From assembly GCF_036321535.1 (NCBI RefSeq), contig NC_087436.1, positions 90,894,001 through 90,958,000 on the forward strand: a DNA stretch of 64,000 nt, read 5' to 3'. Source of the stretch: Camelus dromedarius (Eukaryota). The notes below the pieces were generated by a model, which was not told where the DNA came from, did not search any database, and saw only the letters and a program-made list of their open reading frames with translations. The position numbers were made by a program, and so were the translations under genes. Shown piece after piece: positions 38,821 to 53,575 of this stretch (position 1 is its first letter; each line of letters starts with the position of its first letter).

Positions 38821-38944
38821 ATGAGGCTTGTAATTCTTGATAACTATGACTTGGCTAGTGAATGGGCAGCCAAATACATCTGTAATCGCATCATTCAGTT
38901 CAAACCTGGACAGGACAGATATTTTACACTGGGTTTACCCACAG
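38821..38944 (+). CDS. GNPDA2: GNPDA2 coding exon 1 (aa 1-42; exon acceptor at 38781-38782)
   Basis: accacaATG; MRLVILDNYDLASEWAAKYICNRIIQFKPGQDRYFTLGLPT; donor G|GTAATC; 124 nt. Confidence 0.97.
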
Positions 38945-41900
38945 GTAATCACCATTTTTTCTATATTAGATGCTCAAGGTAGTGGGATTGAAGTGTCTTC
39001 CTTAGTAAAATATGTTTCCTATTTATTTCCTGCCACATCATTGATTTAATGTATTAGTATATAAAGCCGAATGTATCGATACAGATACAGACATACCTAG
39101 TATCTACATTTCATTCCTATTTTCTTTGTTAAAATTCTGTCTCGCCTACCACTCCAAAATGCAAAAGAAAATATCATAGCTCAAGTGATGAACGTAGTGT
39201 TTTTTTGGTACCTTTTTCTGGTAGTCTTTTGTTTGTATTTAGGGATGTTGCTTTCACTGTTCTTTAATTTTTAGTAGATCAACCTTGTTATTAATCATTA
39301 AGAGATAGCCAAACTATGTTCAACAGAACTCTTGATTTTACCTCACATGCCTCATATTTCTCTGATTATTTTCTATTATAGAAGTATCATAAAAATTGAA
39401 GACTGGTATGTGTTCATGACAGGATACATGTAAGCATTAATTGTGTATTTTATTGGATTAAGTTCTCTGTTAAGGTTTTTCCTAAAAAATAACCAAGTAG
39501 TGTCACTGACCTCGTGGTACTTTATTTGATATTGTTGACGTCCACAGGAAAAGAGTATCAGAGCTGCTATTTTCTTGGTGACTGCAAGGTGTTTATTCTA
39601 CACCCTAATTCTTGGTTTCCTTACCTTTAAGAAAGATAAGGAAATTCATAGTTCACAAGGCTGTTTTGAGGCTCATGTAAGATAGTGTTTGTGCAAACCC
39701 CTGTATATTGTAAACACTATATAAATTCAAGGTTCTTATAAGTGTGTTTTGTTTAACAGTATTTTCTCCTCTTGTTCCTCCCCTCATACATGCCAGTTAC
39801 AGAAAATATACAATCATAATTTTTTTCACTTGCATAATTTCCATGAAAGGTCCTCTTTAGCTTATCAGGTTGATTTTTTTGTTTGTTGTTTTGCTTCTTG
39901 TTTTTTAGTCAAGGGCAGTAGATCTTGGTTAGAATGGCAAAGAAAGACTTTTAATAATTGTGCATACCAGAAATGGGCCCCCTCAGCACCCACACTTCTC
40001 GTATGTGAGCCCCAGTGGTTGAACACAACCATGCATCAGCTTCCATACTGTTAACCTGGGCTATGGTCAGCCCAGCTGCCTTAATCACTTTGTCTTAATC
40101 ATGATATAGAAATAAATAGTAATTTGTGTGTAGGGGCAGAATGGCTTCAGAGTCATAAATGCCAGCAGAGTTAAGCATGTTTTTGTGTATTTAGATGTAC
40201 AGCTCTTGCTTTGTCTTGGATAGAAGAATTGCCCAGTGATACACCTGCCAAAGGTCTATCTCTGGAATACCTTTGTTGACATTTTCTACTTTTCTCCTTC
40301 ATTGACTAGTGACAGGGTTAATCGTGCTCCCTCTCTATCCCCCGTGCTTTTGAAATTTGAACACACATTTCTGTAATTGTGGATAACATGCTATATTGGA
40401 ATTATGCCCCACCAAGCACAGTTCTGGGGAGTATCTGTTCACTGTATATTTATTGAAGTGATGGTGACAAGCATGACATTTAAGAGCCTGCATGCTGTGG
40501 GGCATGACCTGCCTCCCAGGCGCATTCCCACCATTCCCCACACTGAATCATGGCAGGCAGACTAGACTGTAGTTCATGGAACAGGCCTGAACTTGCTGGC
40601 TTTACTTTCACTCATATTGTTAGCAACTTTGTGAGCTCTGGAAGCAGACAGAATCTCTTGAATCTCTGGCTTCACTGCCATGTGTGTGATATTTGGCACA
40701 TTACTTTATCTTTTTGACCCAGTTATTCCATCTTCAAACTTGTGAGATTTGCATTTGCTCAGGTTTGAAACACCATAGCATTTAGCACATGATAAGCATA
40801 CAGCTGTCTCTTCTCTCAATCTCTTCCCACATCTTTTTTCTGTTTTCAAATACAGCTTACTCCATCGTTGAATTCCACCTCTTCTTCAAAACTACTTGAA
40901 ATGCCAACTTTGATCCTTCCTCCAACAAGCAAGGCTTTTCTTTGATTCATTGTCGTTCTCCAGACTTCTTATACGTTACTTATAATAGTTTCCCCTGTTA
41001 TTTTGTACTTGTCTGTCCCTATCTTGTAAGTTCTTCTAGGGTAGAAACAGTCTTAATCTTTGTTTTATCTGAATCATAATAAGGATTTGCTAAATTAGTT
41101 ATGTTAATAAATGAATATTGCAAGCAAATATATTAAATTGACGTTTCTTTAACCAGTTCAGCCTGTACCATATTTTCCATTATTTTTTCTCTTCAGCCAC
41201 TTTGATTAAAAAATAGAAAATGAATGCATTTTTTGTCATCACAGTTGTAATAACTTCTGACTTTTTTTAGTCATATGTCCTTAAATTAAGGGGGAAGTCC
41301 TGTAACTGTTCTCTTGACACTGAAAGATAGACACAGGTTTGTTTATGCTTCTAAAAAGGAGGAAGAGGGAGGTGATTTCTTCATCTTCTAGCCAGATTTC
41401 ACATTAGTGGGCTGTAGTTCTTTCAGAAGGAATTGAAAAGTTTGACCAGATAAATTTTAAATTGTAATTTCAATTTAAAATAATATGTATGCTTAACTTT
41501 AAGAAAATCTATTAGTCTTCTGTTCTCTGAACCTATGTGATATTTATTATTTATAGACACTTCTGTTATTCTGTCATCTTAAATGAAAGGCGATCTTTTT
41601 ACTACTCTAGAATTTCCCTTTTTTTTTTTTTTTTTTTTGATTTTGCCAGAGGCTGTCCGGTTCTGTCACACTCTGCCTGCCTCTTGATGAGAAATTTTGT
41701 GTACGGGTGTTGTGTTGTGTCTTGTGATGGTGGGTGGACTAGGAATCAATCCTCTGACCAGGACTGGGTGGGCTAGGTTGCTTGTAAGAATGTAGTCAGT
41801 CTAACCTTTGAATTTGCAGTTAAAATGAAAAAATACAGCAAATTTAAAAAACAAAGGGAGGCCATGCTCAAGTGGGTGAATTCGTCTTTACTGTGCATAT

Positions 41901-42589
41901 TGCGCACTATCAAACATCCTAATTTTATAAAACACTAGTAGAGCTCAGATGAAGTATCCAAAGCCAGTATTCCATTTCCTAGAAGTAATTTTACTTTGCA
42001 CATTTTAGCTGACAACCACTGACAATAAGAAAATTAGAAACAGGAGCTCTAGTTAAAAACTTACAGGATTAGTTTCCTCACTCAATCCTTGCCGCCTTCT
42101 ATTTTAAAATAGGGGCAGTATTTAAATTTAGCTGTTTTCCCTTTTAATTTCATTAAATGGTCAACACTTGACCTATTTATATATCATTTATGCTACAAAT
42201 CCCTCTCTAAATAAACATTTTTCTCTAAAGATGGGATCTTTATTTTTCTTTTAATTCAGATGTGCTCTCTTGAAGTTTCTAATCCTGGAATAAACAACAT
42301 TAATTCCAAATATCTAATAATTCAAGTATAATTTTTCCAAACTGTTATTTCTGTAGACAAATTTCTACCTTTATTCAACAAATTCTACTTTACTAAAATT
42401 TCAGAGTACCTTGTAAAGAGTTTAATTCAACATATTTTTTTATTTGAATAGGTACTTAAATTAATACTTGTTTGCCTAATAAATTAGAAATGTAGAATAT
42501 CATTAAGTAAGAAGAGAATAAGGTTAATATAAAGTTTTTAAAATTAGATTTTTCAAGTTATGTTAAAAAATGGAATCTATCTGTTTTAG

Positions 42590-42691
42590 GGAGCACACCT
42601 TTAGGATGTTATAAAAAACTAATAGAGTATCACAAGAATGGAGACCTTTCTTTTAAATATGTGAAGACCTTTAACATGGATGAATATGTAG
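42590..42691 (+). CDS. GNPDA2: GNPDA2 coding exon 2 (aa 42-76)
   Basis: ttttag|GG AGC...; [34 protein letters not shown] including catalytic Asp72; donor G|GTAAGC; 102 nt; not in the ORF track. Confidence 0.97.
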
Positions 42692-43419
42692 GTAAGCTAT
42701 ATTATTTGAATATTATTTGAATTTGTTATATTTTAAATAACATGAATATATTTTGAGAATATTAACATTACTTAAATATTACTTAAATTTGTTTTGAAAG
42801 TAATATGAATATATTTCTAGAGTATAATGTGCTACCTTATGGTGAGGTTGGGAGGTTATATAAAAAAATTATATTTTTCTGATGACAGCATGACATAGTG
42901 GAAGGAGTATGGGACTAGAAATCAGAAGATCTGCATTCATCTTCAGCTGGGCCACTTACCAGTCTTGTAACTTTGAGCCAGTTCATTCACATTTCTCATT
43001 GTCTCTTTTACTTTTTCCCTTAAGACAAAGTTAAAACCAGTGTTGTTGTGGGGTCGTATTAAGCAATATGTATGTAAAAGTAATTAGTAAAATATCTTTC
43101 AAATATAAGATTCTTTATATTTGTAGCTGTGAACCTTTCATAATTTATTGATGGTTAACTTGCTTAAATGGAGAGATCTGTGATACATACAAACTCTGTG
43201 TTAAAATGTAAGTTTCATAGAAATACATTTTTAATGGTAGCCTGCCATTAATGATCGCCAAAGAACTGTTGTGATTTAGTATATCTTGCATACAAATAGG
43301 AAGTATAGAGGAGGCATGTGGATCAACATTGCAGGTGTGTGGCCAGTTAATTTATGTTGAGTTTAACAGATAAATCAATTTCATTGGTGATAATTTTGTA
43401 TTTGAGAAGTGGAGTATAA

Positions 43420-43630
43420 GTGATTAAATGCACATGAACTAGACTTCTTTGTTTTAATTTTAGCCCTTCTGTGAGCTATGTGACCTTGGGAAAGTTACTT
43501 AACTTTTCTGTGTTTCTGTTCATCTATAAAATGAGAATGATAATAGTATTTCTGTATATGTTGGACAAATTAATTCAGTTAACATATATGTACAGTGGTT
43601 AAAATAATGCCTGGCACATAATAAGCATAT
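43420..43630 (+). mobile_element. MIR SINE (intronic)
   Basis: agctatgtgaccttgggaaagttacttaac...ctataaaatgagaatgataatagta...tgcctggcacataataagc. Confidence 0.8.
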
Positions 43631-43773
43631 ATTCCATATAAGAATGCTTTTAAATTGCATATACTATAGAAAGATTAAATATTTTGAAAATCATTTATGG
43701 CTTAATCAGAAAAGTAAACTTTAGATTTATTTCTAGAATTAGTTACATTTTTATTCATTAACTTTGTACTTAG

Positions 43774-43956
43774 GACTTCCCAGGAATCATCCTGAAAGCT
43801 ACCATTCTTATATGTGGAATAACTTTTTTAAGCATATTGATATAGATCCTAATAATGCCCATATCCTTGATGGAAATGCTACAGATTTACAAGCAGAATG
43901 TGATGCATTTGAAAAGAAAATAAAAGAAGCTGGAGGAATCGATCTTTTTGTTGGAG
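43774..43956 (+). CDS. GNPDA2: GNPDA2 coding exon 3 (aa 76-137)
   Basis: acttag|GA CTT...; GLPRNHPESYHSYMWNNFFKHIDIDPNNAHILDGNATDLQAECDAFEKKIKEAGGIDLFVG; donor G|GTATGT; 183 nt. Confidence 0.97.
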
Positions 43957-46475
43957 GTATGTAAAACATTCAGTTGTTAGTATTTGTATTAGGTATTTTA
44001 AATAAAAAAAATCTTACCATTGTGTAATGTAAGGGACACCTATGACTGTTTATAACACCCATTTATTTAGCTATTGATTTCTTAAAATTTATTTTCATCA
44101 AAAAATAACAATGTTGCAAGTTGGAATTGTTTAGATTATGTCTTGAGAAATAGGTCCTAATCCCCACTAAATTCATCTAATTACCTTATTAAAATTGACA
44201 GTTGACCACATCTTATAAAATAAGCGATGCGTTTCTTTTCCTAAATGATACTCTTACTCTTTTACTGTTTCTTTAAAACTCCAACCCAGCCTTCTTATCA
44301 AATTACAGCATTAATCTCTAAAAGTTTGCATGTAGAACAGGTAGATTTTAACATTTCTCTACGATCATTTAAATGGCTTCATTTCACTAAGAAGTTAAGA
44401 ATGTTGTAAGAGATAATCATCAGCCTTTAGTCATTATGAATTAAGCTGTATAAACTCTAAAGTAAATAAATGTTTAATTAACTAAATTCCAATTGAAATA
44501 TAAGTGTGTATATATATGCACACGCAAGTGTGTGTGTGTGTTCATGATCTACTTTTGAAAAGAGGTGAAAGAGTTTCGTCCTTCGTAATGACAGTATGTC
44601 TTCTGTCATCCGTATGAAGCATCTGAGTAGTACAGTGTCATATGAACTTTAAGAAACCAAAATTGGTTTTTCCAGAATCTTCAGTATTTAAACATACTAA
44701 AGCTTTAAATGAATAATATATCTATCTATCTATCTATATATATATCCAGTAGGTCTAGCTATATATTCTATTCTATATATTCTAATATATTCTAAGTCTT
44801 TTTAGAAGACTTCTCAAAATTACATGAATTAGATCTTCAATGGAGCTGTATTGAGGTTAATTTATGATTAAGGTGGCCAAGTACTGTTCAGGTGTTCGGT
44901 TGCCCTTGGGGAAAATTGGGTTTTACAGCATACTATTTTGGCCACTTACTATCTGTATGAACTTGGGAAGTTTATTGAAGTTCAGTATAATTCTTTTGTA
45001 AAACAGGATTAATATAAATTATTCCAAATTTATGACAAATTAACCATGTTATAACATATATAAAATGCCTGTGTGGTGCTTGGTATGTAGTTGGCATTCT
45101 ATTAAGTGTTAATTTACTCTGTCTCTGAAGTATAGATTCTGAAGTAGTTTTTCCTTAGTTCATTGACTGTCTTGCTTTTTTACCGATTTACCTCTAAGGG
45201 TAACCAGCAAAATTAAACTTTCTCTTTGGGAAAAGTGTTCTCTCAGCCTAGCAGAACTTATATCAGTTACTTTCTTGCTTATATGGGATTGTTTTTATCT
45301 GAGCAAGAATCCAAGTTAGACTGTTCTGCTTTTCAAAACAGAAAGTATCTATGTTTTAAATAAAACTTGCTAATATTACTTCAGTATTTCTGGAAAACAT
45401 TTGCACTCCATTTTTGTCCATATGGCTCAATTCAGAGATAATGACTGTTTGCACCTACCAATATCAAGTCTAAGGCAGTATGTATTTGAAAATGTTTGAG
45501 TGCTGTGCCCATGCATTTTTTAGATTTTCTAAACTCTATACCAAATTTAAGTAGAATTATTATAAAATAATATGCCTATCTTACTTTTTATCAAGTTTAT
45601 CTTATTTATGTCAAAAAATAGTTTCACTGATTTAGCATTATACAAAACGACATGGTAGTTATTAGAACTTCGTCATTAAAAATGGCTGTATGAATAATGT
45701 ATTTTTTTGCTTCTTTATTTGAGGACCTTTTTTTCCCTGTTAATTTATTGACCTTACATAAGGATCTTTGTGATAAATCCCTTGGGGACTCAATTCGAGG
45801 AAATGGAATTTACTGGGGGGAAAAAAAACTGATTAAGAACTCTTTAACTCCATCTTGTCCTTTTGCCTCTTTTCAGAAAACAGTTTAGCTTAATGTAATG
45901 TTTAAGGCTTAATATCCCCTTTTTTTTTTTTTTTAAAGATTTCTAGTAGAACTTTCTTCTTTCCCCAGAGCTTTAAGTCACTTCTTATTTCTTTTTAGCT
46001 AAAGTTTTTTTGATTTTCCTCGCAATAAACTACCTTAGTTTCTCCCTTTGAAACTGATGGAGCATAATCATGGTTATTTATGTTTATTACTGACTCTTAC
46101 TACTAAAAAAGAACTTTACTTTGTTTTTTAACCAATTTTTGTCTTAAAATTCCTGTAGTTCTCCCTTGCAAAAAAAAAAAAAAATTAAGAGAATTTCCTT
46201 TCCTCTTCCATTAACACCTTCACTGTAAGCTCGTGATGATCCAGGGTGCAAGGTCTGACATTTTATATTTATCATCCAAGGGACATATAATCGTGTATAG
46301 GGAAGAGCTGGCTATTGCATTTTCTTTGAACTTTTTCCTGTTTAGGATAACCTATTATTGGATGTGTACTCATGAAAGAATCTCATTTGATTCTTTGCCT
46401 TTGTTGATCTAGGTTGTTATCATTGGCTTTTCAAGATAAGGCTTGGTATCTGGGTCTTACCACTTACCCTTCTTT

Positions 46476-46832
46476 TGTTCCAGGGTTTGGTTAATAAAAA
46501 CACTAAGAACTGAGCCAAATGGGATCAAAATATCAGCTTTATTAAAGGTAAAGTTGGATTAGAGGTTGCAGGTTGGGCTTGAGGCCAGAATGGGGTTTCC
46601 TACGCCTCCCCTCTGTACTGGAAATAGTAGGGTGAGAGAAGAGCTCAAGAGTATAAATCCACCATTGCTCACTCCCGGGAAGTGGAGCAGGAGCGCCCTT
46701 CCCTCCATACAAAGGAGAAAGGAGGAAATACATACTCTCGGAGTTCTCATTCTTTGTGATGACAAAAGTGTTGAGAGAAAGAGTAAGGTGTATCATGCAA
46801 TTCCTGATCCACTCCCCGCAATGAAATAACAC
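46476..46832 (-). mobile_element. Possible solo LTR of unassigned family
   Basis: ~350-bp block of higher GC bounded by TG...CA with TTTATT (antisense AATAAA) near its left end; no clear TSD. Confidence 0.35.
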
Positions 46833-49358
46833 AAACATGGAAATCTATAAATAGACTCTAAAGGCATTATTAATTTTAAAATTACCTTAAGATAATTTGT
46901 GTTTAAAACGTAAAAATAAAAAAAGACAGTGAGGAAAACTTTAACCCTGTACTTGGGTTACATGATTAGACTTCTTTGATTTGCAAGTAACAGTAATCTA
47001 CTAGAGGGACCAAAAATGAATTTATTGGAGTGATTCTAGGGTAACTCACAGAATTAATGGAAGAGTTGGAAAAAACAAGTCTTTAGAAGAGCAAAAACCA
47101 GGGAGCCTCAGATCACCAAAGCAGGGACTCACTGACCCTCTCCTGCAGTGCTGTCCTCAGAAGCCTCAGCTCCGGACACCTTCTTTCTTTCTGTACCCCT
47201 GGTCAAGTTTCAGATTTCTGGAGAGAAATTCTGATTGTTTCCACTTGGGACAAGTACTTTTCCCTAGACCACAACAGTTCTGCCTAAAAGAGACAAGATA
47301 TGGAGTGTTATAACTGATCTGGCCCCTGTTGTGAGGGGAGCAGAGCAGGATGGAAGGAGGGAAGAACTGTACTGCACATACCAAAGAATAGCAACCAGCT
47401 ATTCATTTATTCAACCATTACTTAATGAGGGCCTCCTGTGTGTCATGTTTTGTTCTAAGTGATGAGGATACAGAACTATACGAACACTGGGAGGACATGC
47501 AATCCAGACTCAGAGGTTTTAGAGATGTTTCATAAAGGTGTTGATATCTTAGTTTAGACTTAAAGACTGAATAAGAATTAACCGTGGTTTTTAGAGTTCA
47601 TAATTATTTTCAAGAAAATTTTACAAAGCTTTGTAAAACATTCTGAACATTTTAAAAATATAACTTTATATCAGGAAGCTCAATTTTTGATACTTACTCA
47701 TGGTCAGTAAGGGAATGTATTGACCCTTCTCTGCCGTGAACCATTACTGGTAATTTCAGCTCTGCTGTGCACATTGTATGACCCAGATCACCAGTGAGAC
47801 CACTAGTATTGGTCTTTGAGGATTTCCTGTTTTTCCTGGAACTTTTATTTTCCTGGTTCATTCCTTTCCTCTGTATAGAAGTATTAATAAAAATATTTGG
47901 GCAGATGTATACTTAAGAGGAAAAACAACAGTTTTACAGACTAGTTTGAGAGATACGCATATCTGTCATTTAAAACTTAAAAGCACCTACATAATAATGG
48001 AAACAAACTGTATATATTGACCACATATAGGTCTGGCTTTATGTCCCAGATTAAAAATTGATCCTAGATTGTTAAAAATTCCTAGGTTATGTTGTGCTTT
48101 GGTAGTTCATATATGCTTCCTAAGGTTTTCATTTGTTCTTCCTTCAAAACCTGGTTACTCTTTGTCATATTTTACCTTCTTGTAGCCTGGGAAAAATTTG
48201 TTAGAATTGTGTGTTGAGTCAATAAAAATATATATATTATTAAATATGCAGAATATGATATTTTGACCCAGAGAACTTGTGGGTTTATTTTTTGATTGAG
48301 GTTGCCAGAAATCTGACTAGCTAGTATGATACGTATGTCTAAAACTTGATTTATTTATGCCATAAAATGTTGGTTTTATAAAAAGATTTGCCTCCAATTT
48401 CCTTCAAATAAGAAATGTCATATTCTTACCTATATTTTAGAGGCAGTCCTAGAACAGTACAGTGGGTCTCCTTAAAGCAGTGTTTTCAAATTGGGGTTGT
48501 CATGCAGTGTTAGGTCAGTGAAATCAGTAGGGCCAGTCACATCCAGCATTTCCCTTTTGTACGTCTTTTTAGTGAAATGGTATTGTATGGCTCCTAGTAA
48601 GGGTAAGTATTATTTCATGCAGTTCTTGTTTTAACTATTTATATGTATACTAGATTGCAGTGTCAAGTGTATTACTCACCATAGGTTACAGTCAGAAAAG
48701 TTTGAAGAAAACTACTGCCTTAGATAGTATCTCGTCCAATCTAGACATTTTTATAAGTGAGGAAACGATACCACAGGGAGGTCCAGTGGTTAATTGCCCC
48801 AACTAGACTAGAACCAAGCAAGCTAAAGTATAAGTATAAAGACCACTGGGTTAGGAATCCAGAAAATTTAGATTTGAGTTTTGTAGTACTTGCTAAATAG
48901 TTACCTTGAACAAGTCATATATTATCCTTGAGCATCGAAGTTTCCTTTCGAGCTTAAAAAAAAGTGGAGGAGATAAAGCAAATAATTATGCCTAATCTGA
49001 CTATATCACAAGGTTGTTAAATATGTATCTGTTGTTGAGATGATGCATGTGAATATGCTTTATAAACTATAAAGTATCACTATGTAAAAGTGATACTCAA
49101 TTTTGCTACTATTAGAATCATGCTAGCTCAATGCTCAGCATATGGAAAATACTGAAATACTTGTTCAATCGAATACAGGAACAAATATTTTAATACAGCA
49201 TTAGAAATTCAGCTATCAAATAAAACAAGGTAAGCATGTTTATGACTATCTATCTTTGGTCTTAAAATATGTTGAACTTTGAAAATCTTACTTACTTTAT
49301 GTGAGAAACCTTATTTACTTACATATATATGTGTGTGTATATGTATTTCTTTTGAAAG

Positions 49359-49543
49359 GAATTGGTCCAGATGGTCATATTGCTTTCAATGAGCCAGGAT
49401 CCAGTTTAGTATCAAGGACAAGATTAAAGACTCTAGCAATGGACACCATTTTGGCAAATGCTAAATATTTTGATGGAGATTTATCGAAAGTGCCAACTAT
49501 GGCTCTAACAGTTGGTGTGGGGACAGTGATGGATGCTAGAGAA
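49359..49543 (+). CDS. GNPDA2: GNPDA2 coding exon 4 (aa 137-198)
   Basis: gaaag|GA ATT...; [16 protein letters not shown] (Asp141, His143, Glu148 of the NagB family)...VGTVMDARE; donor GAA|GTAAGA; 185 nt. Confidence 0.97.
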
Positions 49544-50516
49544 GTAAGAATTAAATGTTCTTTGATGTATTCCCTTTGATGTCTTTAGATTTTGGAGAAA
49601 GTACAGAGTTGAATAAGTGACATTTTGGTTGCATCCTATTTACAATATAAATTGTTCTCTCGCTTTCAGTCATTTCTGCCTTTCTCATTGCCATGTTTAG
49701 AATTCAACTAAATTAGGTCTTTGGAGCTGGAAACTAAGAATTAGGCACCACCTCTTTTGGGGTACTGCTTTGACTGCTTCTTCCTGTTTCACAATTTGAG
49801 GTCCTAAAATCACACTGAAAACCAGCAGAAAAGGAACCCCTCTAGGGCTGGATCTGTTCTAAATTTGGTATATTTAATAAGGCAAGTGCTCTGAACAGTA
49901 GACTCTGCCTAATTTTTAAATTTTTAACTGGGCTGTCATTTCCTCTCCTGGGAATAACAGAACATATTATAGTCAGCTCATGATTATAAGTGGTTAAATT
50001 ATAGAGGAACCTGAAACTCCATTCCTTTCTGGCAGCAGGATTGGACAGGTTCAGAGGACAGTACAGACAAGGTATGATGAATAATTAACTGATTTTGATG
50101 TAAATATATTTAGACATGAGTACACAAATAGAACTGTCATTCAAAATATAGAAGTTTTTCATCTAAAAATCATTGGTGTATAAAAAAAGACCTTTTAAGG
50201 ACTGAAATTTCATAGTAAATAAGTTAAGAACAACTTAGAGCAATCTTATTTCTAAAATATGAAAGTTATGCAAATAGATTTCTTCATTTAACAATATTTA
50301 ATTTGTAGTGTAACTCTTATCCTAATTCTTAAGAGTTAGCAGAGAATTATTCAAGTACTGATCTTTTTTTCTTTTGTTCAGTTTTTCTAGTAAAATTATA
50401 TGATGCCATTCACTTCATAGTATTCATTCCCAGTGTGATTATAAAGAAAATCATCGTGGCAAAACTACAGGACTCCATCATTTCCCCAGTGGTTTTAATG
50501 CTGATTTATTATAGCA

Positions 50517-50920
50517 TTTTTTAAAAAATTGAACTATAGTTGATTTACAATATTGTGTTAGTTTTAGGTATACTGCAAAGTGATTCAGTTATGTGTGTGT
50601 GTATGTGTGTGTGTATATATATATATTTTTTTCAGGTTATTTTCCTTATAGGTTATTGTAAGATATTGAATATAGTTCCCTGTGCTATAAAGTAAACCTT
50701 GTTACTGTATGTTTTTTATATAGTGTGTATGTACCTGTTAACCCCATATTCCTGATTTATCCCTTCTCTCCCATAAGTCTGTCTGTGAGTCTGTTTCTGT
50801 TTTGTAAATAAGTTCATTTGTATCATTTTTTATATTCCACATATAAGTGATGATATAAAATATTTGTATTTCTCTTACTTAAACTTTCTCTGTGTCCATC
50901 CATGTTGCTGCAGATGGCAA
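50517..50920 (-). mobile_element. Artiodactyl/camelid-type L1 3' end (intronic, antisense) with internal (TG)n(TA)n
   Basis: tatagttgatttacaatattgtgttagtt...atagttccctgtgctata...attccacatataagtga...catccatgttgctgcagatggca. Confidence 0.85.
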
Positions 50921-53400
50921 CCTTTTGTATTTCTAACTAACTCCTTATACTTACCTTGTAATTACCTTCCCTCCCCTTGGTGAATAGCAACACTCTCCCT
51001 GAAAATTATCTGAACTTTAAACATGTGTGTCATTCTCAGCTTCTTCTCCATATCTAATCAGTCACCAAGTCCCCACCATTTAACAGATAACTTAGAGATA
51101 AATAAGGACTTCACACTTGTCTTCTAGTCTGTATCAGTCTGTCAGTGATTGTTGCAAACCCATCCTCTTGGGTATCTCCGTTTTTTATCTATTCTGTTCT
51201 CTATATTACAGGCTCAAGTATTTTTTCAGAAACATACTTTAGTTATTATTCATGTATATAATAAAGTCTTGATTCCCTGTTATTTCATCACAACATGACG
51301 TTTAGCCTCTTTGGCATAAAAACGCTCTGTATTACCAGACTTCGATCAGTTTTCAGCCATTTCCTTTCATTTCCTTGGGTTCCAGCCTTAGCAAATTTCT
51401 AGCTTTTTACTGACCACCCCATAGCTGTCTCATATGCCCCCTATGTGATGCTATTCTGCTTATCCTTAAGACTTGATTTGTGATAGGAGCTGCTCTAAAG
51501 CTTTTTCATGATAGAAATACTCTCCTTGAGAATAGTGGAGCAGATGGAGTAGAACTAATCACATATTGTCAACATCAAATTGTGTTCTGAGCAACTTTTT
51601 TTCAGTTTCTGCTTTTCTAGATATTTCTTAATTCTCAATTAAAGGGTATATATGTCTTACTGTAGTTAATGATATGGATGCTGGAATCAGACCCCTTGTT
51701 TACATAGTAGCCTTACTAAGACCTTGGTCAAGTTACAGAATATCTGTGCCTCCGTTTCCTTATCTGTAAAATATGAGTAAGAATAGTATTTATTGCATAG
51801 TGTTGTATTCAGGAGTTAAATGAGATAATTCAAAGAAAGTGCCAAGTTCAGTGTTTAACTCTGAAACCACAAAATCATATTTTAAACTTTTGAAGTAAAT
51901 TAAACTTGAGAAAATATCCATCATGCAGCAGTCACTAGATGTAATGTGTGTTAATATAGCTTTAAAGAGACTTTTCAGGTGCTAGTGTAAGGACCTCTGC
52001 CAGACTGCATCATAATCACTTAAGGGATGCTGATTCCTGGGTCCTAATTCCAAAGATTTTAAATTAGAAGACAGGATACAGTAAAGAACTTGAATATCCT
52101 ATTGTTTTTGTTTTTTTAAAACTCCTCTGTAACATATAGATCAATCTTAAGAAAAAAAAACTATTAATATCCCACAAGGAAAACGGATTAATAAATCCAT
52201 TAAACAGTGTTGTGCTTACCTTATTATATCAAGCATTGTTAACTTAAAAGAGAATGCTTTTAATTATAGGTGATGACATATTAACTCTTCAGAATCTAGA
52301 TCTCTATACTTGTGAACAAGAAGTATCAATAAAAACAGTAGAAATTCATATACGAATGCATTCATGAGGCTTTGACAGTAATCAACATATAGCTTCAAAA
52401 TGAAAAATACATAGTGAATCTTGATAAAAGAAATATAGTAGTATCTGGTTCATTAATCTTTAATTTCCTCCGTTTTAGAATGTCTGGTTATAAAATATGC
52501 AATGCAGAATTTTTACCTTGTTACAGATATTTTAGAATTAGAACCACCTTAACATTCATTTTTTTTATTTGACAACTGTAATGAGAAAAAAATCTTTAAA
52601 ATTTACTGCATTACATAAACTGTTTAACTTGTAAAATAGGTTCAGTTTACTGCTAAAAATGTTAAGACTCAGACACGTATACACTCACTCACATCTGCAC
52701 ATGCTCTTTGAATTATCTCATAGGCTGTTAGGGATCTGGGACCAAGAGCTTGGATTTTCTGTTTATATAAGGATAGTTTCAGTCATGCGTGCTTAAAGGG
52801 CAGTTCCTGCATCTGAGTACATCCTGAATCCTTCTTTAAATCTAGTTTTATTCCAGGACAATTTTAGATAAGACACACTCAATGAAACAATCTTCAGTTT
52901 CCCATCTTAAGGTTACTTTTAAAATATCTGTTATTTTAGAGTCTTTGACATGTCCAAAGTAATGTCTATTACTTATTTGGACTAGAGCAATTTGGTATCT
53001 GATTCCTGGTTATATTTATTTTTTCTTGACTTGTAACTCTGCTTTTGCAAAACAGCCCTTTTGTTTCTTTTTCTTCATTCTCCCATGTCTCTTCTGCACA
53101 TCAGTATTTAATGTTAATTATCACAGGCATTATGGTATATTCAGTAATACTTCATTACAAACAAGGTACTGTTTTACTTTGTTCAACCAGAAGAAGAGAT
53201 CCACTTTGTGCTTGCCTGTTACCTGAAAGAATGGAAATAAATACCTTAAACTATGAAGAAAAATGGAGCTGTTTATTTTTATTTTAACCCTCAGAAGAAT
53301 ACTGGTGCTAAAGTCTTTGTTTAAAAAAAAAATAGAGCTTCTTAGTCATTTGGAACATGTTTTAAGAATTAATTAACAAGTAATGTTCATGGTTTTTCAG

Positions 53401-53575
53401 GTAATGATCCTCATAACAGGTGCACACAAGGCATTTGCTCTCTACAAAGCAATAGAAGAAGGAGTCAATCACATGTGGACTGTTTCAGCTTTCCAGCAGC
53501 ATCCCCGAACTATTTTCGTGTGTGATGAAGATGCTACTTTAGAATTAAGAGTTAAAACTGTGAAATACTTTAAAG
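53401..53575 (+). CDS. GNPDA2: GNPDA2 coding exon 5 (aa 199-257)
   Basis: tttttcag|GTA ATG...; [58 protein letters not shown]; donor G|GTGAGC; 175 nt. Confidence 0.97.

Noticed and set aside
42700..42830. Short AT-rich tandem duplications after coding exon 2 (similar ones at ~7178-7210 and ~30752-30790)
   Set aside because: Ordinary slippage duplications with no sign of function.
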